Assembly (NCBI RefSeq): GCF_001194135.2
Contig: NC_068985.1
Coordinates: 24,820,677 to 24,871,545 of the forward strand
From: Octopus bimaculoides
Taxonomy: Eukaryota
DNA: 50,869 bases
Reading direction: 5' to 3'
Below the pieces are notes generated by a model. The model searched no databases and was not told the DNA's origin. It saw nothing but the letters and a program-made list of their open reading frames with translations. Positions 49,025-50,869 of this stretch are shown in pieces; within the stretch, counting starts at the first letter, position 1; each line of letters opens with the position of its first letter. The position numbers and the translations under genes were made by a program.

Positions 49025-49657
49025 NNNNNNNNNNNNNNNNNNNNNNNNNNNNNNNNNNNNNNNNNNNNNNNNNNNNNNNNNNNNNNNNNNNNNNNNNNNN
49101 NNNNNNNNNNNNNNNNNNNNNNNNNNNNNNNNNNNNNNNNNNNNNNNNNNNNNNNNNNNNNNNNNNNNNNNNNNNNNNNNNNNNNNNNNNNNNNNNNNNN
49201 NNNNNNNNNNNNNNNNNNNNNNNNNNNNNNNNNNNNNNNNNNNNNNNNNNNNNNNNNNNTATATATATATATATATAATGAACTTATTGTATATATTTAC
49301 TACCCACCCTTTGATATTTCCAACCAAATACATTCTCATGCAGATGAGATCACTTCTTACTCCCCAATAAATATCTCATGCCAAGTGTGCATTATTTTCG
49401 TGAAGTAAAACTTCGAAGATATTTCCCGATGACAATAACCAAAATTTCTTCAAGGAATCAAAAATCACAATGCTCTCTCTCTCTCTCTTCATATATCTAT
49501 CTTTCTCACACACTCTGTCTCTCTCTCTCTGTCTCACTTTCTCCTTCTCCTTCTTTCTCAACGATGCACAAAAAAAAAAAAAACCTTCACAAACATTTTA
49601 CAATTGCTATAATCTCTCATAATAACTTCTTATATTATAACCAAAAATGCATTTTAA

Positions 49658-50006
49658 CCCTTTAGCATTTAAACCGGCCATAAACCGGTCAAAATATTTT
49701 TCCCATTTTATGTTCAGACTAATCAGATCCAGCCTACTCTACAATGTTGGTCTAAAAAATATATAGCCACATAATTGAAATCTCAAGGCTACAAGATAAT
49801 ACCTGATTAATTCAAACAATGTGAATCATCATCATCATTTAGCATCTGCTTTCCATACTCGCGTGGATAAGACAGTTTGCCTGGAACTGATAAACTGGAG
49901 TATTGCATCAAGTTCCAGTCTGATTTGGCTTGGTTTCTATGGCTGGATGTCCTTCCTTACACTTGCTAAGCATTATATTTGAAATAATAATCTGAATGCT
50001 AAAGAG
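49658..50006 (+). mobile_element. Family F MITE interrupted by a SINE B 3' fragment (49826-49960, minus)
   Basis: TTAA-CCCTTTAGCATT ... AATGCTAAAGAG-TTAC. Confidence 0.75.
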
Positions 50007-50596
50007 TTACAAGTTATGCTTGTGTTTCAGTATCAAAAACTGCTTTGTCAGTATCAGAAACAGCAAACTAATTATCTTATGTAAAAAAAAACAAGTGTGA
50101 CCTGTACCATGACATTGCTCACATATTTGGAACAGAGCGACTGTCACAAACAAGAACATCACAGAACGCACCCAAAAATAGACCATGTGACTGAGTGGTA
50201 AACTTTTCTCTGGCACATTACAACCACATGTGCATCAGCAGACTGTCTCTTCTGTTACTGCTACAGCAGTTCCTTCTCCTTTGAACTAACAAGTTATACA
50301 TCAGCCAAACATACAGACACATACAAGCCCAACAAATATTCCATTGCCTTTCCTTTTATCATCCCTGCTGTGTTTCACTCCCTAAACGTGGCACCAAATA
50401 CACTGCCCATACTTTCACCCCACCACAATATTTTGAGACTCCTTCCCATCCCGTCTTTTCCTATGGGTATCAATCTCCAGACTTCTAAGCTGAACATGTA
50501 GGTACATCTACTTGGATTAACATCACCAGTCTGAGAGGACGAGTGAAGCAGTAAACTATGGTAATTATCCACCTTCAGATTATATATATATATATA

Positions 50597-50857
50597 GATA
50601 AATAATCCTTCGTACAGACGGTCAGTAGCAACGCCTACTGGGTTCGGCTGCTCTACATTGACAAGGGGCAATACCCCGAAACTAGTCTGTAGATGCCAGA
50701 CCAGCAAGGTGAAGCGCTGACCTCCCCTGTTCGAAGGTTATAAAGGACATAGGTTCGTGTATCACATAGCTAGCTAGAGGCGATGGCCTCTTGGAGCTAA
50801 TCAACGGCAGCATTCGTCCTATCTTTTGGACTGGCATGTTGGCTTGGCGATAACTAT
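50597..50857 (+). mobile_element. Hammerhead-bearing structured repeat unit (non-LTR retrozyme / Penelope-like terminal repeat candidate)
   Basis: ~260-nt GC- and CpG-rich island between two (TA)n runs, with nested inverted repeats and one hammerhead. Confidence 0.5.
50646..50697 (+). ncRNA. Type I hammerhead ribozyme (minimal palindromic stem III, U3-A8 core variant)
   Basis: Stem I TCTACA 50652-57 / TGTAGA 50688-93 plus GGC/GCC beyond a TGC/T internal loop; core TTGACAA 50658-64; stem II GGGG-CAATA-CCCC 50665-77; GAAA 50678-81; stem III AC-TA-GT; cleavage triplet GTC ending at 50687. Confidence 0.8.
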
Positions 50858-50869
50858 TAATATATATAT

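Noticed and set aside
737-49370. Long ORFs containing X runs (e.g. 10661-11950, 18703-19848, 35464-36645, 8286-9063)
   Set aside because: They are open only because they cross N gaps (877-966, 8406-8907, 9454-9462, 9702-10073, 10719-11670, 15010-15241, 16927-17181, 18794-19688, 25703-26018, 35702-36510, 46238-46348, 49025-49259). Only the first 79 nt of 10661-11950 was kept as a candidate exon.

Overview
AT-rich, microsatellite-rich eukaryotic draft sequence with 12 N-gaps. The SINE content resembles octopus/cephalopod DNA (inference). Most of the window appears to be intronic to a minus-strand gene. A 1,180-nt coding exon (38652-37473) encodes an N-terminal SAM domain plus a Pro-rich region typical of ARAP (ArfGAP/RhoGAP/ANK/PH) proteins. 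A second, phase-compatible ATG exon (11950-11872) beside a CpG-rich stretch looks like an alternative first exon; the remaining exons probably lie left of the window. The rest is a dense mosaic of at least five tRNA-derived SINE families, RTE-type LINE fragments, Tc1/mariner, hAT and piggyBac-like DNA transposons and MITEs. The most striking observation is a type I hammerhead ribozyme at 50646-50697. It has a compensatory U3-A8 core pair and a palindromic minimal stem III, inside a structured ~260-nt retrozyme-like unit flanked by (TA)n. A second GC-rich 161-nt element (46077-46237, duplicated across a gap) carries hammerhead core strands in a non-canonical order. Repeat boundaries and family names were assigned by eye and are approximate; no database searches or folding programs were run.
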